A stretch of DNA of 62,887 nucleotides, the filler included, from Deltaproteobacteria bacterium (lineage in GTDB: Bacteria > JAUYMQ01), in assembly GCA_030698575.1 (NCBI GenBank). It is 11 parts of 11 records of this genome, joined end to end, with 100 filler letters (N's around TTAATTAATTAA, not from the genome) between each part and the next. Parts side by side here need not be neighbours in the genome. Positions count along the whole stretch, not along the records: positions 3,513 to 13,124 come from JAUYMQ010000348.1; positions 13,225 to 17,479 come from JAUYMQ010000352.1; positions 17,580 to 27,758 come from JAUYMQ010000358.1; 8 more parts are not named here. The stretch is one strand, 5' to 3'. This document shows positions 9,822 to 19,329 of this stretch, piece by piece (the stretch's first letter is position 1; every line of letters begins with the position of its first letter). A program made the translations under genes and the position numbers. The notes beneath the pieces were generated by a model, which was not told the origin of the DNA, made no database searches, and saw only the letters and a list, made by a program, of their open reading frames with translations.

Positions 9822-10670
9822 CTAGAAGGTGAACAGCTCGATGCCGCCCGAAACGTTCAGGGCGATGCCCGTAATGTACTTGGCCTTGTCCGAGCAGAGG
9901 AACGTGATGGCGTTCGCGATGTCCTCCGGCTCTCCTTCTCGCCCGAAAGCCGTCCGCTTGCGCATCCGATCGTTCATCTCCTTGTTCATCGCGTCGGCCA
10001 TCTTGAAGGCCTCGCTGCCGATGATGCCGGGTACGATGGCGTTCGCGGTGATGTTGTAGCGGGCGCCCTCAAGGGCCAGGGTGCGGGTAAGGCCGATGAG
10101 TCCGATCTTCGTCGTGGAATAGCTGGCCTGTCCGAATCCCCCCATGATGCCGGCAACGGACGCAAGGTTGATGATTCGTCCCCACTTCCTCTCCTTCATC
10201 CCGCCCCAGACAGCCTGGGCGCAGTTAAAGGAGCCGGTGAGATTCACCCGGAGATCGCGCTCCCAGAGCTCGATCGTCTGTTTGTCGAAGCGCGCGACGT
10301 GATCGACCGTCCCCGCGTTGTTCACCAGGATGTCGATCTGGCCCATTTCCTTCGTTGCCTTGGCGATCCCGTCGAACACGCCCTGCCTGTCGGTGACGTC
10401 CATCTTGATAGCCATGGAGCGGCGGCCCATCTTGCGGATTTCTTCGACGGTCTTCTCGGTGTAAACCACGCCCTGCGACTTCATGACCTGGGCGAGCATG
10501 CTCTCCTGCTCGGTCCGCGAAGCGGTCTGATCGCTTTCGACCATGATGTCGGCGATGATGACGTCTGCGCCGGCGTCGGCCAGCGCGATCGCGTCAGCGC
10601 GCCCCAGGCCACGCGAGCCACCGGTGACCAGGGCCACTCTTCCGTCCAGCAGATTATCCCATGAACTCAC
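9822..10670 (-). CDS. SDR family oxidoreductase (FabG-like)
   Basis: TGGSRGLG, NNAG, YSTTK. Confidence 0.92.
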   Translation of the reverse strand: MSSWDNLLDGRVALVTGGSRGLGRADAIALADAGADVIIADIMVESDQTASRTEQESMLAQVMKSQGVVYTEKTVEEIRKMGRRSMAIKMDVTDRQGVFDGIAKATKEMGQIDILVNNAGTVDHVARFDKQTIELWERDLRVNLTGSFNCAQAVWGGMKERKWGRIINLASVAGIMGGFGQASYSTTKIGLIGLTRTLALEGARYNITANAIVPGIIGSEAFKMADAMNKEMNDRMRKRTAFGREGEPEDIANAITFLCSDKAKYITGIALNVSGGIELFTF

Positions 10671-10695
10671 TTCGAACCTCCTTCGATGCGCGGGC

Positions 10696-11880
10696 TCAAA
10701 TTACGTTGTCCTGCCGCAGTTCGGCGATCTTTTCGCGCGAGAACTCGAGTTCCGTGACAAGCACCTCCTCGGTATGTTGACCCAGTTCCGGGGCGGTGCT
10801 CCGTATCTCGCCGGGCGTCTCCGAGAACTTGATCGGGAAACCAAGCTGCTTCTGCGGACCCGTTCGGGGATCATCGATTTCCATCACCATCTCCCGGGCC
10901 TTGATCTGCGGGTGCGAGAAGGCCTCGCCGAAGGTGAGAATGGGTTCGAGCATCAGATCCTTGTCGCTGCAGAAAGCGACCCATTCGTCGAAGGTCTTCG
11001 AGCGGAAGAGCGCCTCCAGCTCCTCCAAGGGCTTCTCCTGTGCGGGCCCCATCGAATACTGCTCCGCGATGAGGTTTTCCTTCCCCACGGCGCGGCAGAA
11101 GGCTTCCCAGAACTTGGGTTCGAGCGCGCCCATGGTGAGATGGCGGCCGTCTGCGCTTTCGTAAATCCGGTAGCAGAGTAAGCCTCCGTTCAGGCGCATA
11201 TCGCCGGGCCGAGGCTCCTCCTGGGGATTGGCGAAGTAGTCCGACGCCTGGAGCGCCATCCAGCTCACGATACCGTCCGTCATCGACACGTCGACAAACT
11301 GCCCCTCGCCCACACGGTCACGATGATGCAGCGCCGCCAGCATGCCGATGGCGCACATGAGAGCCCCGCCCCCGATGTCGCCCACCTGCACGCCCGGGAC
11401 CACGGGCGGACCGCCGGAGGGACCGGTGATGGAAGCTGCGCCGGCGATGCCCATGTAATTCAGATCGTGCCCCGCGCGGTCCCGGTAGGGCCCGGTGGCG
11501 CCGTAGCCCGTGAGCGAGCAATACACGATGCGGGCGTTGGCCTTCCGGGCATCCTGGTAGCCGACCCCGAGGCGCTCCATGACGCCCGGGCGAAACTGCT
11601 CGAGGACGATGTCGAACTTCTTGACGAGCTGGAGAAAGAGAGACGCGCCCTGCGGGTGCTTGAGGTTCAGCGTGATGCTTTTCTTGTTGCGATTGAGCGC
11701 GTGAAAGTGAGCGCTCAGGTTCCCGAGAAGCGGCGGCGCCCAGCGGCCGTAGTCACCGCCGTTGGGGTCTTCGACCTTGACGATCTCGGCGCCCATGTCG
11801 GCGAGCAACATCGTGGCGAAGGGGCCTGGCAGGAGACGTGAAAGGTCGAGGATCTTGATGCCCGAAAGCGGTCCGCCCAT
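10696..11880 (-). CDS. CaiB/BaiF family CoA transferase (alpha-methylacyl-CoA racemase-like)
   Basis: DLSRLLPGP, NRNKKS, GHDLNY, APELGQHT. Confidence 0.92.
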   Translation of the reverse strand: MGGPLSGIKILDLSRLLPGPFATMLLADMGAEIVKVEDPNGGDYGRWAPPLLGNLSAHFHALNRNKKSITLNLKHPQGASLFLQLVKKFDIVLEQFRPGVMERLGVGYQDARKANARIVYCSLTGYGATGPYRDRAGHDLNYMGIAGAASITGPSGGPPVVPGVQVGDIGGGALMCAIGMLAALHHRDRVGEGQFVDVSMTDGIVSWMALQASDYFANPQEEPRPGDMRLNGGLLCYRIYESADGRHLTMGALEPKFWEAFCRAVGKENLIAEQYSMGPAQEKPLEELEALFRSKTFDEWVAFCSDKDLMLEPILTFGEAFSHPQIKAREMVMEIDDPRTGPQKQLGFPIKFSETPGEIRSTAPELGQHTEEVLVTELEFSREKIAELRQDNVI

Positions 11881-11917
11881 GGCCGATCTTCCCTCCGACC
11901 CCGGTTGTGCCCCCGGT

Positions 11918-12244
11918 TCAGCCCCCGAGGACCAGCTGCAGCTTCATGGCAAGCGCCATGTTGCCGCCGATCTTCAGCTTGCCCGACATGAAAGCGAGCT
12001 GGCCGTTCAGCTTCCCCTGGACCAGATCGACGAAGTCCCGATCGGCGATGGTCACCGTGCAGCCCGGGTTCGGCGCGGCACCTGTTCTGGCCTCCGGCAC
12101 AGTGCAATCCACGGTCCAGGTGCCGCCCTGCTCGCCCGTGACTTCGAACTGGTAGACAGCGTTGATTGCCTTGGCCTTTTCGGGGTTTGCTTTCACCCGC
12201 TTGTCGATCTCTTCGAAAATAAGCGAGGGCGTCTGGTCCGCCAT
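11918..12244 (-). CDS. SCP2 sterol/lipid-binding domain protein
   Basis: AFMSGKLKIGGNMALAMKL signature; ATG at 12244. Confidence 0.88.
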   Translation of the reverse strand: MADQTPSLIFEEIDKRVKANPEKAKAINAVYQFEVTGEQGGTWTVDCTVPEARTGAAPNPGCTVTIADRDFVDLVQGKLNGQLAFMSGKLKIGGNMALAMKLQLVLGG

Positions 12245-12363
12245 GGGATGCCTTTTCCTTGCCTCAGGGTCTCGGGATTTGCCCGGATGGCGCGGGATTC
12301 TAAGCCATCCAGGCAGGCGTGAGGACGCCCGGAAACAGCGCGATTCGCGGGTGCTCTGACCGA

Positions 12364-12379
12364 TTGACTGCTCAGTCAA
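12364..12379. promoter_or_regulatory. Palindromic operator candidate (TetR-type)
   Basis: Perfect TTGACTG-CT-CAGTCAA about 120 bp upstream of the SCP2-CaiB-SDR cluster. Confidence 0.55.
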
Positions 12380-12437
12380 CCGGCGGCAATAAAGCACGCG
12401 CCCCCCGAGGTGTCAACCCGGCGGGCCGAGGGAAGGC

Positions 12438-12863
12438 TCAGGCTTTGAAAGCTTCCTTGATCTCCGGCTTCGACATTCCGATCGGGGCGGTGATGAAGAC
12501 GAGCGCGAGGACGCCGAGGACGATTCGGGCCGTGCCGCTCTCGAGCTTCATGTCCTCCGGCAGAAGGTTGAGCGCGAGAATCCCGACCATCACCGCGAGC
12601 ACGACGTTGACCACGTTGAATAGCGTCCGCCCCCAGGGGCGTAGACGCCAGAGTCCGAAGAAAATAAAGATGCTGGCGATGCTGAGCACGGTGAGCGGAC
12701 CGATGATCTTGATGACATCCCAATCCCACTGCCAGAAGTTCCAGGCGCTCCCGCCCTCGTGCGGGTTCGAGCTCGAAATCACCAGCAGGTTGATGAAGGT
12801 GAACACGACCCCGAAGAAAAGATTGATGATCGCGTTCAGTGTCACGATGCCAGGCCGTTTCAT
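12438..12863 (-). CDS. Hypothetical four-TM membrane protein
   Basis: ATG with GAGGGGAG upstream, four hydrophobic segments. Confidence 0.7.
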   Translation of the reverse strand: MKRPGIVTLNAIINLFFGVVFTFINLLVISSSNPHEGGSAWNFWQWDWDVIKIIGPLTVLSIASIFIFFGLWRLRPWGRTLFNVVNVVLAVMVGILALNLLPEDMKLESGTARIVLGVLALVFITAPIGMSKPEIKEAFKA

Positions 12864-12940
12864 CTGGGACTCCCCTCTTCATCCCCCGGCCACGATGCGG
12901 CCAGGGGGCTTGCCGTGGCCGGCGCACGGGGCGCCGCCGG

Positions 12941-13123
12941 TTAGTTGATGCTGACCGCGACCGGATGATCGATGATGTTCAGGAACGCTTTTTCACCCCC
13001 CGGCTTATAGTGGGGAGGGTAGAACTGGTAGTAGTAGACGGTGTGGATCCCCTTGCTGACACCCTCCCAGTCGATGAAGCGGTATCCACCCAGGAAAGAG
13101 GACCCCTTGATCCACTCTGTCCG
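12941..13123 (-). CDS. C-terminal fragment of a hypothetical protein (5' truncated)
   Basis: Open frame RTEWIKGSSFLGGYRFIDWEG...HPVAVSIN* with high-GC third positions; absent from the ORF track. Confidence 0.55.
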   Translation of the reverse strand, partial: RTEWIKGSSFLGGYRFIDWEGVSKGIHTVYYYQFYPPHYKPGGEKAFLNIIDHPVAVSIN

Positions 13124-13124
13124 A

Positions 13125-13224
13125 NNNNNNNNNNNNNNNNNNNNNNNNNNNNNNNNNNNNNNNNNNNNTTAATTAATTAANNNNNNNNNNNNNNNNNNNN
13201 NNNNNNNNNNNNNNNNNNNNNNNN
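13125..13224. other. Artificial contig linker
   Basis: N44-TTAATTAATTAA-N44. Confidence 0.98.
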
Positions 13225-13948
13225 CGGTACCGTCCTTCTTGAAGGCCGGCCGGAGCTTCGCCGCGACTTCCAGGCTGGTGTCGGGGCGGGGATGCTCGTC
13301 GGTGTCGAAGATCTTCGGCTCGCCTTTCCGCTGGGGAATGGAGACCGGGACAATCTCCTGCTTGAACTTCCCCGCCGCGATGGCGGCGCCCGCCTTCCTC
13401 TGGGTTTCCACGGTGAAGGCATCCTGCTCCTCCCTGGAGAGGTTGTGCCGCTCGGCGACGTTCTCTGCCGTGATGCCCATGTGGCAATCGGACATCGCAC
13501 AGGTGAGCCCGTCGAGGATCATCGTGTCGAGGATCTGCCCGTGCCCCATGCGGGCCCCCCAGCGAGCCGCGGGCACGACGTAGTTCGCCGTGCTCATCGA
13601 TTCCATGCCGCCCGCCAGGACAACCTCGGCGTCACCGAGCATGATCGCCTGCGCACCCAGCGCGACTGCCTTGAGGCCTGAACCGCATACCTTGTTGACC
13701 GTGAACGCCGGCGTCGTGTCGGGCAGGCCGGCCTTGATCGCCGCCTGACGGGCGGTGTTCATTCCCATCCCGGCCGTGAGAACGTTTCCCATGATCACTT
13801 CGTCGACGTCTTCAGGCCGGACGCCCGCGCGGCGAACTGCTTCCTTGATCACCAGCACGCCGAGATCGACCACATGTGTGTCTTTCAGGGCGCCGCCGAA
13901 GGTCCCGATGGCCGTGCGCGTGGCGCTCACGATCGCAACTCGATTCAT
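13225..13948 (-). CDS. Acetyl-CoA C-acetyltransferase (thiolase), 3' truncated
   Basis: [32 protein letters not shown]. Confidence 0.93.
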
Positions 13949-14115
13949 CCTAAAGTCTCCTTGGCGAAATTTTCCTGGCTGAGTCTTTCTGGCTGAGGCC
14001 CTCTGGCAGAGCCGCCCGGGCCGGAGTCAAAGATACAGAAAGCCTTTGCGTTTGGGAACCCCGGCCGCTAGCATGAGCCCGCGCCCACCGGAGATATCCC
14101 TGCGGAGCCGCCTCC

Positions 14116-15843
14116 TTGTCCAGTTCCCAGCAGCACGCTGATCCCGAAACCCTCGCGCGCATCGCACAGGCCCAGACCTTCCACGGCCGCGCCCTCGACG
14201 AGACGAAGCTCCCCTTCCGCCACCTGGGCGAAATGATCGACCGGCAGTGCGATGTGGGACGCGATCGCCCTTATCTCATCGCCTACCGCGACGATACCGG
14301 CGGACGCCGGGAAGAGATCACTTACGCGCGGATGCGCGATCGTGTGGACGCCGTCGCCCGGTTCATGCAGGAGCGCCTCGGCCTCGCGAAGGGCGACCGC
14401 CTCGCGACGCTGCTCGTGAACGAGCCTGAAACGGTCGTCATCTACTTCGCGGCCTTCAAGATCGGCGTGGTTGTCGTTCCCATCAATGTGGCCGAGGAAC
14501 CGGAGCGTATTCGCTACATCCTCGAGCATTCCGAGGCCAGGGCGCTCATCTCCCACGCCGACACGGCCGCTCGTGGGGCTGAAGCCGCCGAGGGGCTCGT
14601 AGCGCTCGCCACGCTCGCGCAACTGGGCCCTGAAGGCAGCCCGGGTTTCGAACCTCTCGATCTCGAAGCGCTTACCGGGGGTGCACCACTCACCCCCCCC
14701 GAAGATCTCACGCATCGCGACGAGGCGCTCATCGTCTACACCTCGGGCACCACCGCGCAGCCGAAGGGGGTGGTGCTCGTTCACGGAAACCTTCTCATCG
14801 ACGCCTGGGCGATCAGCCATTGGCACGGCTTCCGGCCCGAAGACCGACTCATGTGCGTGCTCCCCATCCACCACGTGAACGGGATGATCGTAACGCTGTT
14901 GACGCCGATGCTCTTCGGAGGGAGCACGGTGCTTTGCGGCCGCTTCCGCACCTCGACCTTCTGGTCGCGCATCCGTGACGAGCGCGTGAACGTCGTTAGT
15001 GTGGTGCCCACTCTCCTGCAATTCCTCTGCGAGAACCGGCGCGAGGATCTTCACCCCCGCTTGTTTCACGACTTCCGGTACGTCATTTGCGGCGCAGGGC
15101 CGCTGACCGTCGATCTGGGACAGCGTTTCGAGGAGGCCTTCGGCGTGCCGATCATCCACGGTTACGGCCTATCGGAGACGACCTGCTACAACTGTTTCCT
15201 TCCGATCGATCTCCCTCCGGATAGTCATCGGGCCTTCATGCGGGATCACGGCTTCCCCAGCATCGGGGTGCCGATCGCCTGCAACGAGATGGCCATTCAC
15301 GACGCGGAGGGCCGGGCAGCCGGCGCCGGCGTGCGGGGTGAGATCGTGGTGCGCGGCTGGGACGTGATGCGCTACTACTTCGGAAGGCCGGAAGTGAACC
15401 GGGACACCTTCGCGCACGGCTGGTTCAGGACCGGGGACGAGGGTTTCTACAAGCTCGACGAGGCCAACCGCCCTTTCTTCTTCATCACCGGAAGGCTGAA
15501 GGAGTTGATCATCCGGGGAGGCGTCAACATCTCGCCCTTCGAGATCGACGAAGTGCTGAACCAGATACCCGGGATCGCGCGAGGGTTGGCCGTGGGTTTT
15601 GACAACGACTGGTACGGCGAGGAAGTGGGGGCGTACGTGAAACGGGATTCGGGTGCGGCGCTCGACGAGCAAGCCGTGCTCGACGCCTGCCGCGGCCATC
15701 TCCCCTTCCACAAGCAGCCCAAGTGCGTCGTCTTCGGCGAGGAGATCCCGGTGACCAGCACCGGCAAGTACCAGCGGATCAAACTAAAGCCGCTCTTTGA
15801 GCGCTGGAAGAGTGAGCAGTTCCGCGATCGCAAGAAGCGCTGA
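14116..15843 (+). CDS. Acyl-CoA synthetase (class I adenylate-forming enzyme)
   Basis: YTSGTTAQPKG, HGYGLSET, TGDEG, TSTGK. Confidence 0.9.
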   Translation: MSSSQQHADPETLARIAQAQTFHGRALDETKLPFRHLGEMIDRQCDVGRDRPYLIAYRDDTGGRREEITYARMRDRVDAVARFMQERLGLAKGDRLATLLVNEPETVVIYFAAFKIGVVVVPINVAEEPERIRYILEHSEARALISHADTAARGAEAAEGLVALATLAQLGPEGSPGFEPLDLEALTGGAPLTPPEDLTHRDEALIVYTSGTTAQPKGVVLVHGNLLIDAWAISHWHGFRPEDRLMCVLPIHHVNGMIVTLLTPMLFGGSTVLCGRFRTSTFWSRIRDERVNVVSVVPTLLQFLCENRREDLHPRLFHDFRYVICGAGPLTVDLGQRFEEAFGVPIIHGYGLSETTCYNCFLPIDLPPDSHRAFMRDHGFPSIGVPIACNEMAIHDAEGRAAGAGVRGEIVVRGWDVMRYYFGRPEVNRDTFAHGWFRTGDEGFYKLDEANRPFFFITGRLKELIIRGGVNISPFEIDEVLNQIPGIARGLAVGFDNDWYGEEVGAYVKRDSGAALDEQAVLDACRGHLPFHKQPKCVVFGEEIPVTSTGKYQRIKLKPLFERWKSEQFRDRKKR

Positions 15844-15859
15844 CCTCCGGCTACTCCCG

Positions 15860-15895
15860 AAAACAAGAGAGGCGGAAGCCGGAGCTTCCGCCTCT
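15860..15895 (-). terminator. Intrinsic terminator after atpE (possibly bidirectional)
   Basis: 12-bp stem AGAGGCGGAAGC-CGGA-GCTTCCGCCTCT with a T-rich tail on the minus strand. Confidence 0.75.
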
Positions 15896-15922
15896 TCGCT
15901 TATCAGAGCTGCTTCCGGAGCT

Positions 15923-16255
15923 TCAGCCGAGCGCTCCGACCAGCTGGAAGCTGATCAGCAGCGCGTAGATCACAAGCGACTCGATGAGCACGAGCCCGAG
16001 AATCATGGGCACGAACATCTTGCCGCTCGCGCCGGGGTTGCGGGAGATGCCGTCGAGGGCCGAGCCGGCCGTGCGGCCCTGGCCGATGCCGCCGCCCAGG
16101 GCGGCCAGCCCGATGGATAGTCCGGCGCCCACACCCAAGCCCATCTTCCAGCTCCCACCCGCGCCCTCCGCCTCGGTGGCGGCGAAGGCGGCCGGTGCGA
16201 AGACCGTCAGCAACAGAACGGCGAGCGCCGTCCAGAGCATGCCTTTCCGAATCAT
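15923..16255 (-). CDS. atpE: ATP synthase F0 subunit c
   Basis: GGGIGQG...RNP...[11 protein letters not shown]. Confidence 0.95.
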   Translation of the reverse strand: MIRKGMLWTALAVLLLTVFAPAAFAATEAEGAGGSWKMGLGVGAGLSIGLAALGGGIGQGRTAGSALDGISRNPGASGKMFVPMILGLVLIESLVIYALLISFQLVGALG

Positions 16256-16309
16256 TTCCTCTTTCCTCCTTTCAATCCTCTCTCCGAGAGGGTGTCCGCA
16301 AGGCGCGGC

Positions 16310-17095
16310 TCAGTGTTCTTCCTCGAGCGCGAGGCCGATGTAAACCATGGTCAGCAGCGCAAAGATGAAAGCCTGCAGAAGTGACACCACCATTCCCAGC
16401 GCCATGAAGATTACAGGGATGCCGATCGGCACCATCGCGAGGAAGATCGCGATGACGGCGTGGTCGGCGAACATGTTTCCGATGAGACGGATGGTGAGCG
16501 AAAGCATGCGGGCGAAATGGCTGATCAGCTCGATCGGGAGCATGATCCAGCAGAGCATGGGGAGCTTCGGGATCGTCAGCCCACCGATCTTGAAGGGACC
16601 GAAGAACGGTCCCAGGAACTGCTTCACGTAGCCGAAACCGTGCTGGCCGATGCCCACGGCGTGGTAAGAGAAGAAGACGATGACAGCCCAGGCGCCGGCC
16701 GTGTTCACGTTCATCGTGGGCGGCTTCAGCCCGGGAATGAGGCCGATCAGGTTGCCGAGCAAGATGAAGAGCGCCATCGTGCCGATGAGCGGCAGGAACT
16801 TGCGCCCCGCCGGTCCGATGATGTCGTGCATGAGGAACAGGAGCGCCTCGATGATCACTTCGAAGCTGTTTCGAATCGAGAAGGCGCCATCCGGGAGCAG
16901 CGCCTCCTCGGAATCCGCCAGCCGCCGACGCGCGAGCACGGCGCCCAGGGCCAGCAGCCCGAAGACGAACAGCGTGGCCAGGATCACCGGCGGATGCACG
17001 ACCGCCCAGCCGGGCGCGCCCAGATGAATTTCCCTGAGGGATTCGGGAATGACCTCCTCGAAGAGGTTCAGCTCCGATGCCAGCACGAAACCCAC
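16310..17095 (-). CDS. atpB: ATP synthase F0 subunit a
   Basis: NLIGLIPG, LSLTIRLIGNM, LQAFIFALL. Confidence 0.95.
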   Translation of the reverse strand: MGFVLASELNLFEEVIPESLREIHLGAPGWAVVHPPVILATLFVFGLLALGAVLARRRLADSEEALLPDGAFSIRNSFEVIIEALLFLMHDIIGPAGRKFLPLIGTMALFILLGNLIGLIPGLKPPTMNVNTAGAWAVIVFFSYHAVGIGQHGFGYVKQFLGPFFGPFKIGGLTIPKLPMLCWIMLPIELISHFARMLSLTIRLIGNMFADHAVIAIFLAMVPIGIPVIFMALGMVVSLLQAFIFALLTMVYIGLALEEEH

Positions 17096-17143
17096 GTTAG
17101 TCGTTCCTTCTGTGCGCCCCGCGCGGAGCGTCTTTCCGGGTGT

Positions 17144-17479
17144 TCAGGACGGCGCCGGATCGTCCTCGATCGGGCGCCAGGCCTGATGGATGGCCTCGGC
17201 GAACGCCGCGGCCACGATCGTCGAGAGCCCCACTGCGAATGCCGGCAGTATCACCGGCAGGAAGATGAAAACCGCCACGAGCAGGTTCAGGAAGAAGAAG
17301 AACCTGATTCCCGAAGCGATGGCGAACCAGCGTGACACGTTGCGCCGCCCGCCGAGAACAGCCTCCACGGTTCGCCGCAGGGCGCGAAGGTTCAGCGCGC
17401 CCAGGACCCCGGCGCCGAACACGTTCAGCGCCACCTCGCCCGCGTAGAAATGCCACGCGAGCGCCGAGGCCAGCCCCAC
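17144..17479 (-). CDS. ATP synthase protein I-like, 5' truncated
   Basis: Hydrophobic ORF directly upstream of atpB. Confidence 0.65.
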   Translation of the reverse strand: MGLASALAWHFYAGEVALNVFGAGVLGALNLRALRRTVEAVLGGRRNVSRWFAIASGIRFFFFLNLLVAVFIFLPVILPAFAVGLSTIVAAAFAEAIHQAWRPIEDDPAPS

Positions 17480-17579
17480 NNNNNNNNNNNNNNNNNNNNN
17501 NNNNNNNNNNNNNNNNNNNNNNNTTAATTAATTAANNNNNNNNNNNNNNNNNNNNNNNNNNNNNNNNNNNNNNNNNNNN
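17480..17579. other. Artificial contig linker
   Basis: N44-TTAATTAATTAA-N44. Confidence 0.98.
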
Positions 17580-17650
17580 TTCCAGCCGTGGCTTGGTTTA
17601 CCCCAATGTAGGTTCAACCTACGCTGAGGGAGGCGCGCTTTCATCCCATC
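17580..17650 (-). mobile_element. Possible end of an insertion sequence (IS110-like), truncated by the contig break
   Basis: Non-coding lower-GC contig end abutting a REP-like CGTATGTCATTG motif; no transposase visible. Confidence 0.25.
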
Positions 17651-17717
17651 AATGACATACGCAAGCGGCCACGACCGACCCTGACGCCAAATTAGCCCAC
17701 CACGCGCACCGTTCTAT

Positions 17718-17966
17718 TTATGATCCGCCGCCCACGGCCTGAATGATCTCGACCTGGTCGTCCTCTTGCAAAGGCGACCGATCGTGCTCTGCCTGCGGCA
17801 CGACCTGCAGGTTCACCGCGACGGCCACGCGCCGCCCGCCGGCGGCTGCGCCGAGGCGCAGCTTTTCGAGGAGATCGGCCACGGTCCGGACCCCGACGAG
17901 TTCCATCGTCTCGCCGTTGACGGTGAGTTTCAAGGGTTGGGTTCCGGTGGCGCCTGCGGGGGACAT
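17718..17966 (-). CDS. thiS: Sulfur carrier protein ThiS
   Basis: LTVNGE...VAVAVN...DQVEIIQAVGGG; the start may be TTG at 17933. Confidence 0.85.
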   Translation of the reverse strand: MSPAGATGTQPLKLTVNGETMELVGVRTVADLLEKLRLGAAAGGRRVAVAVNLQVVPQAEHDRSPLQEDDQVEIIQAVGGGS

Positions 17967-18180
17967 GGAAGCCCTCGCGAAAGGGATTTGCCCTTCGAGC
18001 CGATGTCACAAGTTACGTTTGCGCCCGGCGAGGTGTCAAGGCGGCGGAGCCGTTTTCCGGGGGAAAGTCGCGGCTTTACAGCACCGGGGCCGGGTGCTAC
18101 CCATGAGGCGGGTTTCGGGCAGGGCGCGCCGCGAAGCCGATTCTCCGGCAGCGGACGCGCCCAAGGGCGGGAAAGCGCAG

Positions 18181-19329
18181 ATGAATCAGAGACCGACGCG
18201 CGCCGAGATAGATCTCGACGCGCTCGCCGCGAACTACCGGGCGCTCCAGGAGGCGGCCGGTGAGCGCGAGGTGCTGGCCGTCGTCAAGGCGAACGCCTAC
18301 GGGCACGGGGCGGTCGCCTGCTCCCGCGCGCTCGAGGAAGCGGGGGCGCGCTGGCTGGGCGTGGCGATCGTCGAGGAGGGTGTGGCGCTCCGTGAGGCCG
18401 GGGTCTCGGCGCGCATTCTCGTGCTGAACGGCCTCTTTGACGGGCAGGCCGAAGCCTGCCTGGCCCACGATCTCACGCCGGTCGTCTATCGCCTCGAGAG
18501 CTTCGCCGATCTGCAGGCCCTCGCGAGCAGCCGGGGCGAGAAAGCGCGCGTGCATCTGAAGGTCGACACCGGCATGGGGCGTGTGGGCGTCCCCCTTGGC
18601 GATCTCCCGGCGTTCGCCGCCGATCTCAAGCGCTACCCCGAGGTCGAGGTCGAGGGGCTCCTGACCCATCTCGCCGACGCCGACATCCGCGATCTCGACT
18701 ACTCGCGCGAGCAGGTGGCGCGCTTCGGGAGGGCCGCCGAGGCAATGGCCGCCGCGGGGCGCCCGGTCCCGCTGCGGCACTTCGCCAACTCCGCCGCCAC
18801 CGTGCGCCGGCTCGGAGGCGAGGCGGGGATGGTGCGTCCCGGCATCATGCTCTACGGCGCCCGCCCGGCCCCCGATTTCGATCCGTCGGTTCCGCTCCGC
18901 CCGGTCATGCGATTCCTTACCGCGACGGCGTACGTGAAGCGTGTGCCGCCAGGCAGTCCCGTGAGCTACGGCCGAACTTTCGTGACGAAGCGCGAGAGCG
19001 TCATCGCGACGCTGCCCGTCGGATACGCCGATGGCGTGCCGCGCAAGCTCTCGAACCGCGGCGAGGTCCTCGTGCGCGGGCGGCGGCTGCCGATCGTGGG
19101 GCGGGTCTGCATGGATCTGACGATGGTGGACGCGACGGATTTCCCCGATCTCGCCGTCGGCGAGGAGGCGGTGCTTATCGGCGCGCAGGGGGACGGCCGG
19201 ATCAGCGCGGAAGAGTTCGCGGGCTGGGCCGAAACGATCGACTACGAGATCCTCTGCGGCGTGTCGAGCCGCGTTCCCCGCGTCTACCTGCCCGGCGACG
19301 AGGCGACGGCTTGCGAATCCTCCTCCTAG
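18181..19329 (+). CDS. alr: Alanine racemase
   Basis: AVVKANAYGHG, HLKVDTGMGR, GYADG, GRVCMD. Confidence 0.96.
   Translation: MNQRPTRAEIDLDALAANYRALQEAAGEREVLAVVKANAYGHGAVACSRALEEAGARWLGVAIVEEGVALREAGVSARILVLNGLFDGQAEACLAHDLTPVVYRLESFADLQALASSRGEKARVHLKVDTGMGRVGVPLGDLPAFAADLKRYPEVEVEGLLTHLADADIRDLDYSREQVARFGRAAEAMAAAGRPVPLRHFANSAATVRRLGGEAGMVRPGIMLYGARPAPDFDPSVPLRPVMRFLTATAYVKRVPPGSPVSYGRTFVTKRESVIATLPVGYADGVPRKLSNRGEVLVRGRRLPIVGRVCMDLTMVDATDFPDLAVGEEAVLIGAQGDGRISAEEFAGWAETIDYEILCGVSSRVPRVYLPGDEATACESSS

Noticed and set aside
12995..13012. CCCGGCTTATAG resembling an RNase P RNA 3' end
   Set aside because: No other RNase P motifs, and the minus strand reads as a good CDS
17967..18180. TPP riboswitch upstream of thiS
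   Set aside because: No CTGAGA or other core motifs found
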